Shown piece after piece: positions 25,570-38,296 of a stretch of DNA of 64,000 bases. The DNA lies in contig OZ024741.1 of assembly GCA_964016885.1 (NCBI GenBank), forward strand, positions 216,070,001 to 216,134,000, in the 5' to 3' direction. The DNA comes from Eledone cirrhosa. Its lineage: Eukaryota. The position numbers were made by a program, and so were the translations under genes. The notes below the pieces were generated by a model. The model was not told where the DNA came from and did not search any database. It saw only the letters and a program-made list of their open reading frames with translations. How positions within the stretch are numbered: position 1 is the first letter of the stretch; each line of letters starts with the position of its first letter.

Positions 25570-27466
25570 CCGTATACAAAATGATAAAACAATAATAATT
25601 AAACAAGCAGATAAAGGGGGTGCAGTTGTTATAATGGATACTGAATACTACAAGGATTTGGTTGAGGAACAACTGAAAGACACAACATTCTATCATGAAA
25701 TACCGTCAAATATAGACCACAACATCATGAAGAAGATCAACAACCTGGCTTCAAAATACCACAACTCATTTACTGATAAGGAAAGAGACTACATCACCAA
25801 TTTTGAGCCGAAACCCAGCAACCTGTATGGCCTACCGAAAGTTCACAAGTCAAAAGAAATACAACTGGCAGTAAGAGAACAAAACAGTGAGTACATTAAA
25901 TTATTACACCCAAAAGACTTAAAACTTAGACCTATTATAGCTGGTCCAACATGCCCCACTCACCGTCTAAGCAATTTTGTTGACATTATTTTGAAACCAC
26001 TATGTATTCACATACCCAGTTTCATCCGGGATGATATCGACTTCCTGTCCCATCTTCCCAAAACCACGGAAACGAATTCACTTCTACTCAGTTTTTATGT
26101 GGTAAGCCTTTACACCAACATTACACATGATTTAGGAATAAAGGCGGTTAAATACTGGGTGGAAAAACATAGAGAAGTGATTCCCATTAGATTCACAGCG
26201 CCATTTATATTAGACGCAGTTAAACTTATTCTGGAAAACAACACTTTCTTCTTCAATGGAAAGAATTACATCCAAATTAGAGGCACAGCGATGGGAACGA
26301 AGTTTGCTCCCGTTTACGCGAACTCTGTAATGGGATACTTAGAACAACAACTCTACCAAGAAATAGAGGAAAAATATAGTACTGACTTTAGAAAGTACAT
26401 TGAAAAATCTTGGAAGAGATACCTTGACGACTGTTTCATCATCTGGACAGAATCTCTAGATACTCTGGATGAGTTCAATATCCTCCTGAATAACCTACAC
26501 CCATCTCTCCAATTCACAAAAGAGATGAGTAGGACCAAATTACCATTCCTAGATATAATGATAATCAAAAACCACACCACCATTACCACGGATATATATT
26601 ATAAACACACAGACACCCATCAATATCTGAATTTTAAGTCGTGCCATCCACCTCATACAAAACGCAACATCCCATACTGCCTAGCCAGAAGAATTTGTAC
26701 CATTGTAGAAGATACGAATACCAGGTACAAACGCCTAACAGAACTAAGAGAATTTTTGCTCAAACAAAAATACCCATCTCTACTTATAGAAAATGGCATA
26801 CAGCGGGCTATAAAAATACCTATACAACAACTTAGAACAACCCAAAGAAGAAGAAACCAAGAACTGGTCATACCATTTATAATGACACACAACCCATGTC
26901 ACCAGAATATCTTCAACACTGCCAAAGCAAACCTACCGATCATTGCTCAAAGTAATGAATTAAAAGGCTTAATCACAGATCGATCTTTGACTCTTAGTAA
27001 AAGACAGCCAAAAAATTTGAAGCAATTGCTAACAAAAGCAAAGTTTGACCTTAACAACAAAGACCAATCATTCACTGTATCTAAATGCAATGATAATCGA
27101 TGCGGCACATGTCAATCCATACACGCCGATCAATATATGAAAACAAAAACTGGAAAAATATTCACAAATGCAAATATGAACTGCAAAAGCAGAAATCTAA
27201 TTTACTGCATTAAATGCCCGAATTGTGAAGAACTATATGTCGGTCAAACTGGAAATGCACTATCGGAACGTGCACGGGTACACCGTCAACAAATCAGAGA
27301 CCCAAATGTCCGTCAGATACCCCTAAGCGGCCACCTGGCAACATGTGGTCAGGGAATATTTATAATATTCCCATTCTACAAATTACACAGCCCAAATGAA
27401 ATCAAGAGAAAAATCAAAGAAAAGAATTTTATTGATAAATTCAAACCCAAGCTAAATGAACAATAA
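25570..27466 (+). CDS. PLE reverse transcriptase + Cys linker + GIY-YIG endonuclease (5'-truncated, frame open, motif A Asp replaced by Tyr)
   Basis: IKQADKGGAVV, LYGLPKVHK, LRPII, GTAMGTKFAP, RYLDD, LPFLDI, CNDNRCGTC, NLIYCIKCPNC..YVGQTG..R..H. The first ~50 aa of the listed ORF come from the inverted arm. Confidence 0.9.
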
Positions 27467-27841
27467 TAACGCCTAGGGGTATTACTTCTACTACCACTAT
27501 GACCACGACCACTAACAACAACAACAACAACAATAATAATAATAATAAAAGTGATGTTGATGGTGATGATTAATAGAAAATGCTATTTTCATCATTTCAA
27601 AAAAGCAAAACAATTGATACGTTGGATATGACTATTGGTCGTTAGCATGCTCAACCAGCCGTGACGCTTAAACCAATCAGCTGTAGTAATTCAGTGAAAC
27701 TACACACTGATTGGTCGAAATACAGTTTACAGGGCTTTGCATTGTGGAGCCACTTTTCTCTGTATAAAATGTATAAAAGGTAGGAAATTTACCCATCTCA
27801 TTACAGTTGAAAATTGCAAACTCGACTGTCACCACATATCA

Positions 27842-27880
27842 TGAACCTGAAGATTGCGAAAGCATGAAAGTACTTGTTCA
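27842..27880 (+). ncRNA. Minimal type I hammerhead ribozyme in PLE pseudo-LTR
   Basis: TGAAC-CTGAAGA-T-TGC(GAAA)GCA-T-GAAA-GTAC-TT-GTTCA; stem I TGAAC/GTTCA, palindromic AAGTACTT stem III. Confidence 0.8.
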
Positions 27881-28050
27881 ATTAACACTTAGAATTTAAT
27901 ATTCTATCATACTATTTCATTATAATACCATTATATATATTTTAAAGGATTGTAAATAAAACGAGTAAATCAGACAAAGTTGGAATTCCTCTTATTAATA
28001 TAATCTTCTATACACAATCATACACACCCGTGTATATTTACCTATCTATA

Positions 28051-28125
<75 letters not shown>

Positions 28126-28135
28126 GTGGGAAAGT

Positions 28136-28193
<58 letters not shown>

Positions 28194-28534
28194 AGTATGT
28201 AAAAGGGAAGCAGAAATAACAAGACAATCGGTACAGTATATGGAAGGTATATATTAGGTTAACGCTTGATATAGCACGAAGAGCGTCTTAACGTTGCGGA
28301 CCGCTAGTCCGTCATCAGAAGAAAGAATGAGAAATAAGATAGATAGAGGGGACGGGCGGGTTGGAATTAGAAAAAATGTCTCTAGATAAAAATAACAAAT
28401 CCATTCATGTTGACATCTCTTGCAAAACTGTTGGTGCTGGCGTTTTGTGTATGATTTATCTTTTAGAAAAGTGGATGATGGAGCGCGTCTACCTGAAAAG
28501 GAAAAAGAAAACCCGTTTTGTAAAAAGAGCTATA

Positions 28535-28890
<356 letters not shown>

Positions 28891-28906
28891 AAATATATAT
28901 ATATAT

Positions 28907-29310
28907 ATACGAAATATTTATACATATTGTATAAAGCTATACTTGAAGCGAAATCCTATTTCTTTTTTATTATAAGTTGAGCCAACTTATGCAGCTTCAT
29001 ATGCAAATGAGATTAATCACCTCATTTACACAGACGGAAATGTATATATTCTCGGCTGTCTTCTAGTCCAGCAGTCACAAGCGGTGGGAGGGACCGTCCT
29101 GACGAAGGCCAGTTAAGCCCGAAATGCATAGACGGTTGTCCCCCTTGCTTCTGCTGGACATCACCTGAGGGCGTTAGCTCCCCCCCCCCACACACACATA
29201 CACACCGGTGTTTGCATAACTACGGCTTCCTAAAACCGTATTTCCTTGGAGATACGAAATATTTATACATATTGTATAAAGCTATGCTTGAAGCGAAATT
29301 CTATTTCTTT

Positions 29311-29311
<1 letters not shown>
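28907..29311 (+). mobile_element. Retrozyme/pLTR-like unit: 345-nt period with ~60-nt terminal direct repeats and an internal hammerhead
   Basis: ATACGAAATATTTATACATATTGTATAAAGCTAT..TTGAAGCGAAAT..TATTTCTTTT at 28907 and 29252; (TA)n on both sides. Confidence 0.65.
29093..29136 (+). ncRNA. Minimal type I hammerhead ribozyme
   Basis: ACCGTC-CTGACGA-A-GGC(CAGTTAA)GCC-C-GAAA-TGCA-TA-GACGGT; 6-bp stem I, palindromic ATGCAT stem III. Confidence 0.8.
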
Positions 29312-29343
<32 letters not shown>

Positions 29344-29544
29344 ATATACAGAGAGAGGGAGAGAGGAGAAAAAGCGAGAGACATCTGCGGTGCTGAGAGT
29401 GAGGCGGCTATTAATCATGGGAGTACTCGATGCATAGTAAAATGTAAAATCTCTAATATAGTATATTATTTATGCACGAAACTAAGCCGCTACCCAAGTT
29501 TTCAAGGTCAACATTTGATCATACCCCCAGAAAACAAGAGGATC

Positions 29545-30155
29545 AAAATAATTGTTTCTACTTTGGGCACAAGGCCAGCCATTAGCCAGTGGATTACTGG
29601 TACTTTATTTTATCGACCCCGTAAGGATGAAAGACAAAGTTAACCTCGGCGGGATTTGAACTCAAAATGGCAAGGGCCATAACCCTATGCGTCAAAGCAT
29701 GGCGTCCGAGAATAAAATAATGTTTTTTTTTATATAGGCACAAGGCCTGCAATTTGGGAGGAGGGGAAAGTCGATTAAATCGACCCCAGTACATGACTGG
29801 TACTTTATTTTATCGACCCCATAAGGATGAAAGGCAAAGTTAATCACGGCGGGATTTGAACTCAGAATGGCAAGGGCTGTAACTCTATGCGTCAAAGCAT
29901 GGCGTCCGAGGATAAAATAATTGTTTCTACTTTTGGCACAAGGCCAGCAATTATCCCACTGGTACTTTATTTTATCGACCCCGTAAGGATGAAAGGCAAA
30001 GTTAACTTCGGCGGGATTTGAACTCAGATCGTAAAGGGATGTAACTCTACTCTGCAAAGCATGGCGTCCGACCCTCTACCAATACTGCCAATCCACCGTC
30101 CGAGGATAAAATAATGGTTTCATATATAGGCACAAGGCCAGTCCGAGGATAAAAT
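29545..30155 (-). mobile_element. Head-to-tail array of three main-SINE units plus a stub
   Basis: GGCGGGATTTGAACTCA at ~29648, ~29849, ~30010; junction GTCCGAG(G/A)ATAAAATA repeated four times. Confidence 0.9.
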
Positions 30156-30336
30156 AGTAACCTTTCCTTGGGCACTATTTTTATGCCTTCTGTTTTCTGG
30201 AGGTATAGCCAAATCTTCGCCTTGAAACCTTACGTTAGCCCCATTGTTCCGTCTATGAATATAAATAATATATATTTCTGCTCCTTCCCTATTAAACACT
30301 GTTTTCCTTTTTACATTTGCACATCTACCGATATTG

Positions 30337-30441
<105 letters not shown>

Positions 30442-30471
30442 ATTATATAATATACAACACAATATAATTAT

Positions 30472-30535
30472 TCCATTACCCAAGGTTTCATTGAGACGAT
30501 CTTAACAGAATCGTCCAGTATGCTCATCAGATATA
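30472..30535 (-). ncRNA. Hammerhead-like motif with extended stem II, stem I eroded by microsatellite
   Basis: Minus strand: CTGATGA-GCATACTG-GACGAT(TCTGTTAAG)ATCGTC-TCAAT-GAAA-CC(TTG)GG-TA-ATGG. Confidence 0.5.
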
Positions 30536-30543
30536 CATACATG

Positions 30544-30661
<118 letters not shown>

Positions 30662-30726
30662 CGTACATATATATATACATATATATATAGATATAGATAT
30701 CGATATAGATATAGATATAGATATAG

Positions 30727-30791
<65 letters not shown>

Positions 30792-30999
30792 AGAGAGTAT
30801 TGAAGTTTGCTTGAAGCATTGTGGAATGATAAGGTAAATATCTTTAAGTCGTTTGGAAGCCTCGACAATGCAAATGGGTAAATCTCCGGGTAACAAGATC
30901 CGGTGGTGGAGAGAGAGATGTAAGTGGGTGTACGTTGAGATTCGTGGCGTGTATAAGACGTGTAGAGGTATGAAGGAAAGAGCATAAAGGATAAAAATA

Positions 31000-33900
31000 A
31001 AAATAACAACATGAGAGAGAGTTACCTTGGGAGAGATTTAATTGTCCCTATATATTTCGGATTCACATCCATCAACTGGGGTTTTTTTCCGGGGTGGGGA
31101 AAGGTTGTCTGTCGGAAAGGTGCGAAACGCGTCCTTCGCTGTTCGTTGTTTTGAAATTATATATATATATTCATAAGTTAAGCAAAACAAGACCACAAAT
31201 TTCACAAGGAAGACATTATAAAAGATTGTCAACGTATTTTAGTTTGATGTAAGGAATGTAGAGAATAATAATAATAATATTAATAATAATAATGTCCGTT
31301 TACAATTGTTTCGCTACTCCATATAATATTTCTGGATGAAATGATTATAGATCATTATTGATCTGATTCAGTTGAAAATAATTAATTTAGGTATAATTAG
31401 CTCATCGGAACTTCAAAAGGAATATAAATTAAAATAAGGAAAGAATGTTACATGAATGTAATGTTCCATATATTGGTATTTCACTATGGTGTCCGGGTAT
31501 ATCTATTGTCTGCCATAGTCGAGCAGTATTCTTCTGTCGAAGCTGCATTGTGTGAGATCTGGTTATGGGTAACAAGATGGCCGCCAATGGACATATTTAC
31601 CTTACTAATTAGAGGGTGGTTTCAGGGGAAGTAACTCCTCGAGAAATTAGAAATTGTGGGTAGTTCATAGTTAAGAAGTGCTAATTTTTTAATTTTTTAA
31701 TTGAGAGACAATGTAAGGGAGGTAACTTATAATTATCTAAGTTAGCTATAACTATTTAACTTATTATCTATAAGTAAATTGGGGCTAGATGACTATGCTG
31801 GGTCAAATATTCTGTTGGCGAAGGAATTAGCTCTTCGACTTTGACAGCTAATAGTTACCTCCGTTCTATCGTTAATCGGTAGAGGTCGTGATAGAGTTAT
31901 GTAATATGCTTCGGTAAGACAGAGATCACAAGATTTTCTTCGTCCATTGAACGGTTGGGCCCTAGCCAAGATATCCCATGTTAGTGAGTGTTCAATGTTG
32001 GTTAATTTAAGGTTTTCAATGAGCCTAGCTAGAGATGTCGAACCTCCGATGTTAGGGTCTCGGAAGGAAAAAGAGTGCGCGTTATAGCGTACCTTAAAAC
32101 GGTTAGAGGTAGAGCCGATATAGGAGCTGGTATGCGAAGCAGTTTTAACTTGCACCTATAAACTATATTGGGTGTCAGGCAATGTCCATTTAGTGGGCAT
32201 GCATTAGGGTAACGGTAGTTGCAGTTACTTCTGCGGTTAGTGAGAGTAGGGTTGTTTAAACTAAGCGGTTGGTCCGTGTTAGAAGGATTAGATGGGGGAG
32301 GTGTGCTACTAGAATAAGTATTGGTGTAGTGGCGTGATGTATTTGATGGGGGTGATGGTACCGCGGTGTGGGAGTTATACTGTCTTAGTTTATGATGGTT
32401 ACTGAATGCGATGTGGCTAGCTAGGTTAGGTGTTGTGGAGAATGAGATTTTAATGTTGTTTTTATTAAAGAGTTTGTAATATCTATGGTTGGGGGGGGGG
32501 ATGTTTAGATAGGATAGAGAAGAAGTGTTTAGGGATATTAGTGGCTAGATTAGATGAGAATGGGGGGGGGGGGTTAAGCCAGGTGATACTTCTAGGCCTA
32601 TTCCTTCTAGGGGTTCTAGTGGAGTTGGTAGGGCCTTCATAGGGTTATTATTACCTGGGCATTTGTTATTTGTCATCCCATTGCTCATTTCTATTCTAGG
32701 GTTGATTTTTAGTTTGCTACTTGGAGTGGGAAGTAGGCCACTGCCACCATTAAGGTTCCCTGTATAGGTGCTGTTACTGCTAAAGTTCCGGCGAATCTGG
32801 CTATATGCTAAGGTATTTCTAGTTCTAGTGTTAAGTTTATTATGGTTGTGGTGAAGTGCTGTGTTATGGCATTTAGGTATGTAGTAAATGGACTGTTCAT
32901 AACCAGATTCAGAAAGAGCCTTATTATAATATGCCGCATGGTTTATAAATATCTCCTCATTTGCTGATAGCATGGAGATCCTATACGAGATAGATTTGAT
33001 TACTGCTCTGATGATTGCCGGTGGTTAGAGTGTGGGATAATATATGTAAGTATTTCACCTGGTTTATGATAAGGGTAATATAGGTTATTGTTAAGATCTA
33101 GGGTAACGTCTAGGAAGTTTACTACTTTATGGTTCGGCTCGATGGTAATAGAGACCGTTATTTTTAAAGCATCTATGTAATTGTTTTTTGAGCAAGTCAA
33201 TGCCTCGATTAGTGCAATTGTAGAGTGCAAATAGGGCGTCGTCCCTATATATTCCGCCTTGTAAGGGTTGGATTTCAGCTCTGATGTTATGTAATAGATA
33301 AATTCCAACTAAATCGGTGAATTGCGCAGAGTCACTTGAGCCCATAGTGATGTCAAAGTTGTCTGTTCTGTCTTTTCTAGTCCAGAGTGCTCCGTTGAAT
33401 TCAATGATGGTCTGCCTAGCCATAAGTATGATGTCAATCTCATTATTCGTTATGTCAGAGTTGGTGCTGGCTAGGGTTAATGCTTTGTTGAGCAGTGCCG
33501 GGGTTATTGAAGCGTAATAGCTGTCAATGTCAAATTGGAGGAACCTCATAGATTCCTTGGACCTTAGATCGGAGAACCATCTAATGACTTGGCCGGTGTT
33601 GGACCACATCTTGTAGGTGATATCATCCCGTAGCCCAGGGATTATCCTATCAAGGATGTTCTTACTGATACGACCCAAGTCGGATGTGGTCGGGCTTATA
33701 AGTCTAATAGATGGGTTAGAGAAAACCTTGGGGTTGTTGGTACATAAGGGTGAGTAAATTTATCCAGATGCAGGCCCTTAACCAAAGCCTGGGCTTTTCG
33801 GTTAAGTAAGTTTACACTGGAGGGTATAGTTTTTTTTATAGTTTTTATTAAGTTCCTTAAGAAGGAAAGAGTTGTAAGTTTCAGCAGTCATGGTGTATAG

Positions 33901-34000
33901 ATTTTTAGTTTTGTCAGACATAACATGTAAAAGGTGGGTATCTTTAAATATGTTTATAGTTGTTGCTAATTTTGTGAGGAAATTATTCTTGTGTCTAAAA
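31000..34000 (-). mobile_element. Decayed Penelope-like element of a second clade (Nematis-like, tentative), RT + GIY-YIG; boundaries approximate
   Basis: DKTK..IYT, IRLISP..SDLGRISKNILD, FLQFDIDSYYASI, FDITMGSSD, GIYRDDAL, VNFLDVTLDL, CNYRYPNACPLNGHCL, YIGSTSNRFKVRYNAH, CDLCLTE; several frameshifts. Confidence 0.85.
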
Positions 34001-34039
34001 TCATTTATTGAAATGTAAGACTTTCTTATTATTGATGGT

Positions 34040-34612
34040 ATTTACGTTCTGAGTTCAAATTGAACCTTAAGGGTCGATAAAATAATTGTTTCTACGTTTG
34101 GCACAAGGCCAGCAATTATTCCAGTGCGTTACTGGTACTTTATGTTATCGACTCCGTAAGGATGAAAGGCAAAGCTTATCTCGACGGGATTTGAACTCAG
34201 ACACAAGGTTCGATAAAATAAATTACTAGTAACGTACTGGGATCGATTTAATCAAGTTTGCCCTCCCAAACGCCAACATTATTAGCCTTGTGTCTAGATA
34301 CGAAGCCATTACGTTCTGAGTTTAAATCTTTTCGAGGTTAGCTTTGCCTTTCATCCTTACGGTGTCGATAAAATAAAGTACGAGTAACACACTTGGATCG
34401 GTTTAATCAACTTTGCCCTCCCAGCCCCACCCAATTGTTGGCATTGTGCATAAATCAGAAACCATTACTGTTGATGGTATATACGTTCTGAGTTCATATC
34501 CCGCCGAGATTAGCTTTTCCTTTCCTCCTTACGGGGTCGATAAATTAAACTACCGGTGACGCACTGGGGTGATTTAATCAAATTGTTGACCTTGTGCCTA
34601 AACCAGAACCAT
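34040..34612. mobile_element. Cluster of main-SINE fragments in mixed orientation (another piece 34850-34926)
   Basis: TTACGTTCTGAGTT(C/T)AAAT..TTTGCCTTTCATCCTTACGG repeated; one inverted unit at ~34082-34202. Confidence 0.8.
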
Positions 34613-35471
34613 AAAATGAATGAAAAATAAATCAACAATTAATATAAGATTAATATAAGAATGACATAGAAATGTACATTATCTCTATTTCTTATTGTAA
34701 TGTGTGGATGCATTTATGATAGGGTGTTTAACAGTTATGATTATGTTCATATATATGTATATATATGTGACTTGAATATTGTTTAAAAGTGTGGATAAAT
34801 AAAGAGATTTTTAAAGAAAAACGAATCGAACATTATCTGGCTCCTTTCTTCGCGGCATAGAGTTACGGTTCTTTACGTTCTGAGTTCAAATCCCGCCGAG
34901 GTTAACTTTGCCTTTCATCCTTACGGACAAATCACAGAGGCAATAAACATAAATGAATTACAACCAAAATTAAATAGAAAACATGAGTGGAACAGCAACA
35001 TCACAACTTACAATTAAGGACAAAATGAAAACACACACGCACATAGAACAAACAACCAACCAGTAACATGTAAATAAACAAATAAATAAACGAATATAAA
35101 CACACACAGACACCCGGATATAACACATGCGCAAACTAAGCACACAACACACACACAAAAACAAGATGGCGTAGGACAGAACAAAGGAGAGGCACAAAAA
35201 AACAAAGAAAAGAATCCCCAGTCACTGAAGAGATCACAGAATGTGTGACGAAAGAACTTTGACAATATATAAACAACCATCTGGTTGTGGAACCAACCAA
35301 CCAACCGGAAATTTATAAATTCCTAAATTTATAAATTTATTATAATAAATTGAAGTGAAAGCAACTGGTGCGTGTGTTTCTTATTGGCAACATGACCCTC
35401 CCAAAGTATAACAATATCGGTTTCAACACACGTTTTCAGATAAAGAATCTTGCTAAACAAATTCAGAAACG

Positions 35472-35509
<38 letters not shown>

Positions 35510-35634
35510 AGATAAATCTACCAAAATATACGTTAGTGTCCAATCCGTATGAAGAACTCAATGTAATCCAAATATCATGAAGAGAGAAGATGCATTCAAA
35601 AATTTTCGATGAACATCACAGGAAAACAGTCAAG

Positions 35635-36012
35635 ATAAATTAATAAAAAGAATGAATAAAAACAAAGAACAAGTTCCTTATATTAAAAAATTCATTTTAC
35701 GATCGTTTCTAGGATATATATGTGTGTTGGTATGTATATCATATAGATCTATGTAAAAATATTACAAACTATCATAGGAAATATACATACCTTCACATAT
35801 ATATGCTGTCTTCAGAAATAAATTATTTCTGAAGACAGCATATATATGTGAAGGTATGTATATTTCCTCTGATAGTTTGTCATATTTTTACATAGATCTA
35901 TATGATATACATACCAACACACATATATATCCTAGAAACGATCGTAAAATGAAGAATTTTTTAATATAAGGAACTTGTTCTTTGCTTTTATTCATTGTTT
36001 TTATTAATTTAT
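35635..36012. repeat. Foldback palindrome, ~185-bp arms, almost no spacer
   Basis: ..TGCTGTCTTCAGAAATAA-A-TTATTTCTGAAGACAGCA.. with mirror identity out to AAAGAACAAGTTCCTTATATTAAAAAA. Confidence 0.95.
35823..35952 (+). ncRNA. Type I hammerhead motif with ~100-nt hairpin stem II (mirror copy on minus strand ~35692-35821)
   Basis: ATTT-CTGAAGA-CAG-C-ATATATATGTG-AA-GGTATGTATAT..ATATACATACC-AACA-CACATATATAT-C-CT-A-GAAA-CGATCG-TA-AAAT. Confidence 0.65.
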
Positions 36013-36017
36013 ATATA

Positions 36018-36052
<35 letters not shown>

Positions 36053-36227
36053 ATAATATTTTTTTCTGCCTAGTTTCGCTAATGGAAATAGAACATACAG
36101 CGTACATTTGTGTGTGAATCCCAGTAAAATCTCGGCAGTTTCGTGACAAAGGAACGGAGAATATTTAACAACAAAAAAAGAGACAATTAAATAAACAACA
36201 CAATATATAAATATATAACTAAACATA

Positions 36228-36258
<31 letters not shown>

Positions 36259-36499
36259 GAAAATAAATATATAAATATATAAATAAATAAATAAACAGAA
36301 GGACTTTAATGTTTAAAAAAGGGGTGGGGGGGGAGAAACGAACGATGTGAAAATATGAAATGGAAATAGCAACATTCAAAAAAGATGGCAGACTTGTAGA
36401 ATAATAGGAGAGGATGGTAAAGAGGTAGGGGGAGGATAGGAAGAATGTGAAGGCAGGGGGGAGATCAGAGGAAGAGAGTGTGGGGTGGAAGTTGAGGAG

Positions 36500-37604
36500 A
36501 GGGAGAAGAAGAAGAAGAAGAAGAAGAAGAAGAAGAAGAAGAAGAAGAAGAAGAAGAAGAGGAGGAAAAGAAGAAGAAGAAGAAGAAGAAGAAGAAGAAG
36601 AAGAAGAGGAGGAAGGGGGGAAGAAGAAGAGAAAGAAATAGAAAAAGAGAAGTAGTAGAAGAAGCAAAGAAGAAGGAGAAGGAGGAAGGGTAGGAAGTGC
36701 GAGGGGAAGGGGGAGGTTGAGGACGTGGAAGTGGAAGAGATGTTGCCGATAGTGACTGTGGTGCTGCTGGGGGAGGGGGCGGGGGAGATTATTGAGTCGT
36801 TGTTGTTTGTCGCGTTGTGAAGGTGGTGAAAACGGTGGTGATGGTGGTGGTGCCGGAGGTGAGGATGGTGGTGATGGCGGTGGTGATGGTGGTGGTGATG
36901 GCGGTGGTGGCGGTGGTGGCGGTGGTGACGGTGGTGGCGGTGATGATGGCGGTGGTGAGGATGGTGGTTGTAGTGGTGTTTGTGGTGGTGATGGGGGTGG
37001 TGATAGTAGTGGTGAGGATGGTGGTGATAGTGGTGGTGATGGCGGTGGTGAGGATGGTGGTGATGGTGGTGGTGATGGCAGTGGTGAGGATGGTGGTGAT
37101 GGGGGTGGTGATAGTAGTGGTGAGGATGGTGGTGATAGTGGTGGTGATGGCGGTGGTGAGGATGGTGGTGATGGTGGTGGTGATGGCGGTGTTGAGGACG
37201 GTGGTGATGGTGGTGGTGATGGCGGTGGTGATGACGGTGGTGATGGTGGTGGTGATAGTGGTGGTGATGGCGGTGGTGGCAGTGGTGAGGATGGTGGTGA
37301 TGGCGGTGGTGATAGTGGTGGTGATGGTGGTGGTGATAGTGGTGGTGATGGCGGTGGTGGCAGTGGTGAGGATGGTGGTGATGGCGGTGGTGATAGTGGT
37401 GGTGATGGTGGTGGTGATAGTGGTGGTGATGGCGGTGGTGGCAGTGGTGAGGATGGTGGTGATGGCGGTGGTGATAGTGGTGGTGATGGTGGTGGTGGCG
37501 GTGGTGAGGATGGTGGTGATAGTAGTGGTGGTGGCAGTGGTGAGGATGGTGGTGAATGTGTGGGGGTAGAATGAGGGAGAGGTTTTAAGGTCTGTCTTTG
37601 TAAA

Positions 37605-37648
<44 letters not shown>

Positions 37649-37697
37649 TGGTAGTAGTAGTAGTAGTAGTAGTAGTAGCAGCAGAAGAAGGAGCAGC

Positions 37698-37754
<57 letters not shown>

Positions 37755-37756
37755 TA
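36500..37756. repeat. (GAA)n 36500-36680, (GGT/GAT)n 36830-37560, (GTA)n 37606-37756
   Basis: Direct reading. Confidence 0.95.
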
Positions 37757-37902
37757 GTGCTGATGGATATTCTATGTTGTGTAGAGATGTTGTTGGGTGT
37801 GTAGAATATTTTTTTTATTAGTCACTAGTTCAGAGAAGATATATATATATATATATACTGTATTATATATATATATATACTGTATTATATATATATATAC
37901 TG

Positions 37903-37936
<34 letters not shown>

Positions 37937-37938
<2 letters not shown>

Positions 37939-38294
37939 CGATGGATTGGCAGTATCGGTAGAGAGTCGGACGCCATGCTTTGACGCATAGAGTTACAGCC
38001 CTTTCCATTCTGAGTTCAAATCCCGCCGAGGTTAACTTTGCCTTTCATCCTTACGGGGTCGATAAAATAAAGTACCAGTAATGTACTGAGTAATTGCTGG
38101 CCTTGTGCCAAAAGTAGAAAATTATTATGAAGGCAGGTAATGTTAAAAATAACAACACACGAATTTACACAAATTTATTGGGTGGTGGATTGGCATTATC
38201 GGTAGAGGGTCGGACGACATAGTTTGCAGCACAGTTACGTCTCTTTACGGACTGAGTTCAAACCCCGCCGAGGTTAACTTTGCCTTTCAACCTT
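37937..38294 (+). mobile_element. Main SINE: full copy 37937-38128 and 3'-truncated copy 38180-38294
   Basis: A-box TGGCAGTATCGG, B-box GAGTTCAAATC, shared body. Confidence 0.9.
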
Positions 38295-38296
38295 GC

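Larger units (their letters stand above)
23999..28002 (+). mobile_element. Penelope-like element (probably Neptune clade), 5'-truncated, preceded by an inverted copy of its own 3' 1.56 kb
   Basis: Arms 23999-25560 and 26441-28002 are reverse complements; RT and GIY-YIG ORF; 3' hammerhead; left end in (TA)n. Confidence 0.95.

Noticed and set aside
36792-37574. 260-aa Gly/Asp-rich ORF resembling a structural protein
   Set aside because: Degenerate (GGT)n tract, open in several frames, non-ATG start, no signal peptide, next to other trinucleotide tracts.
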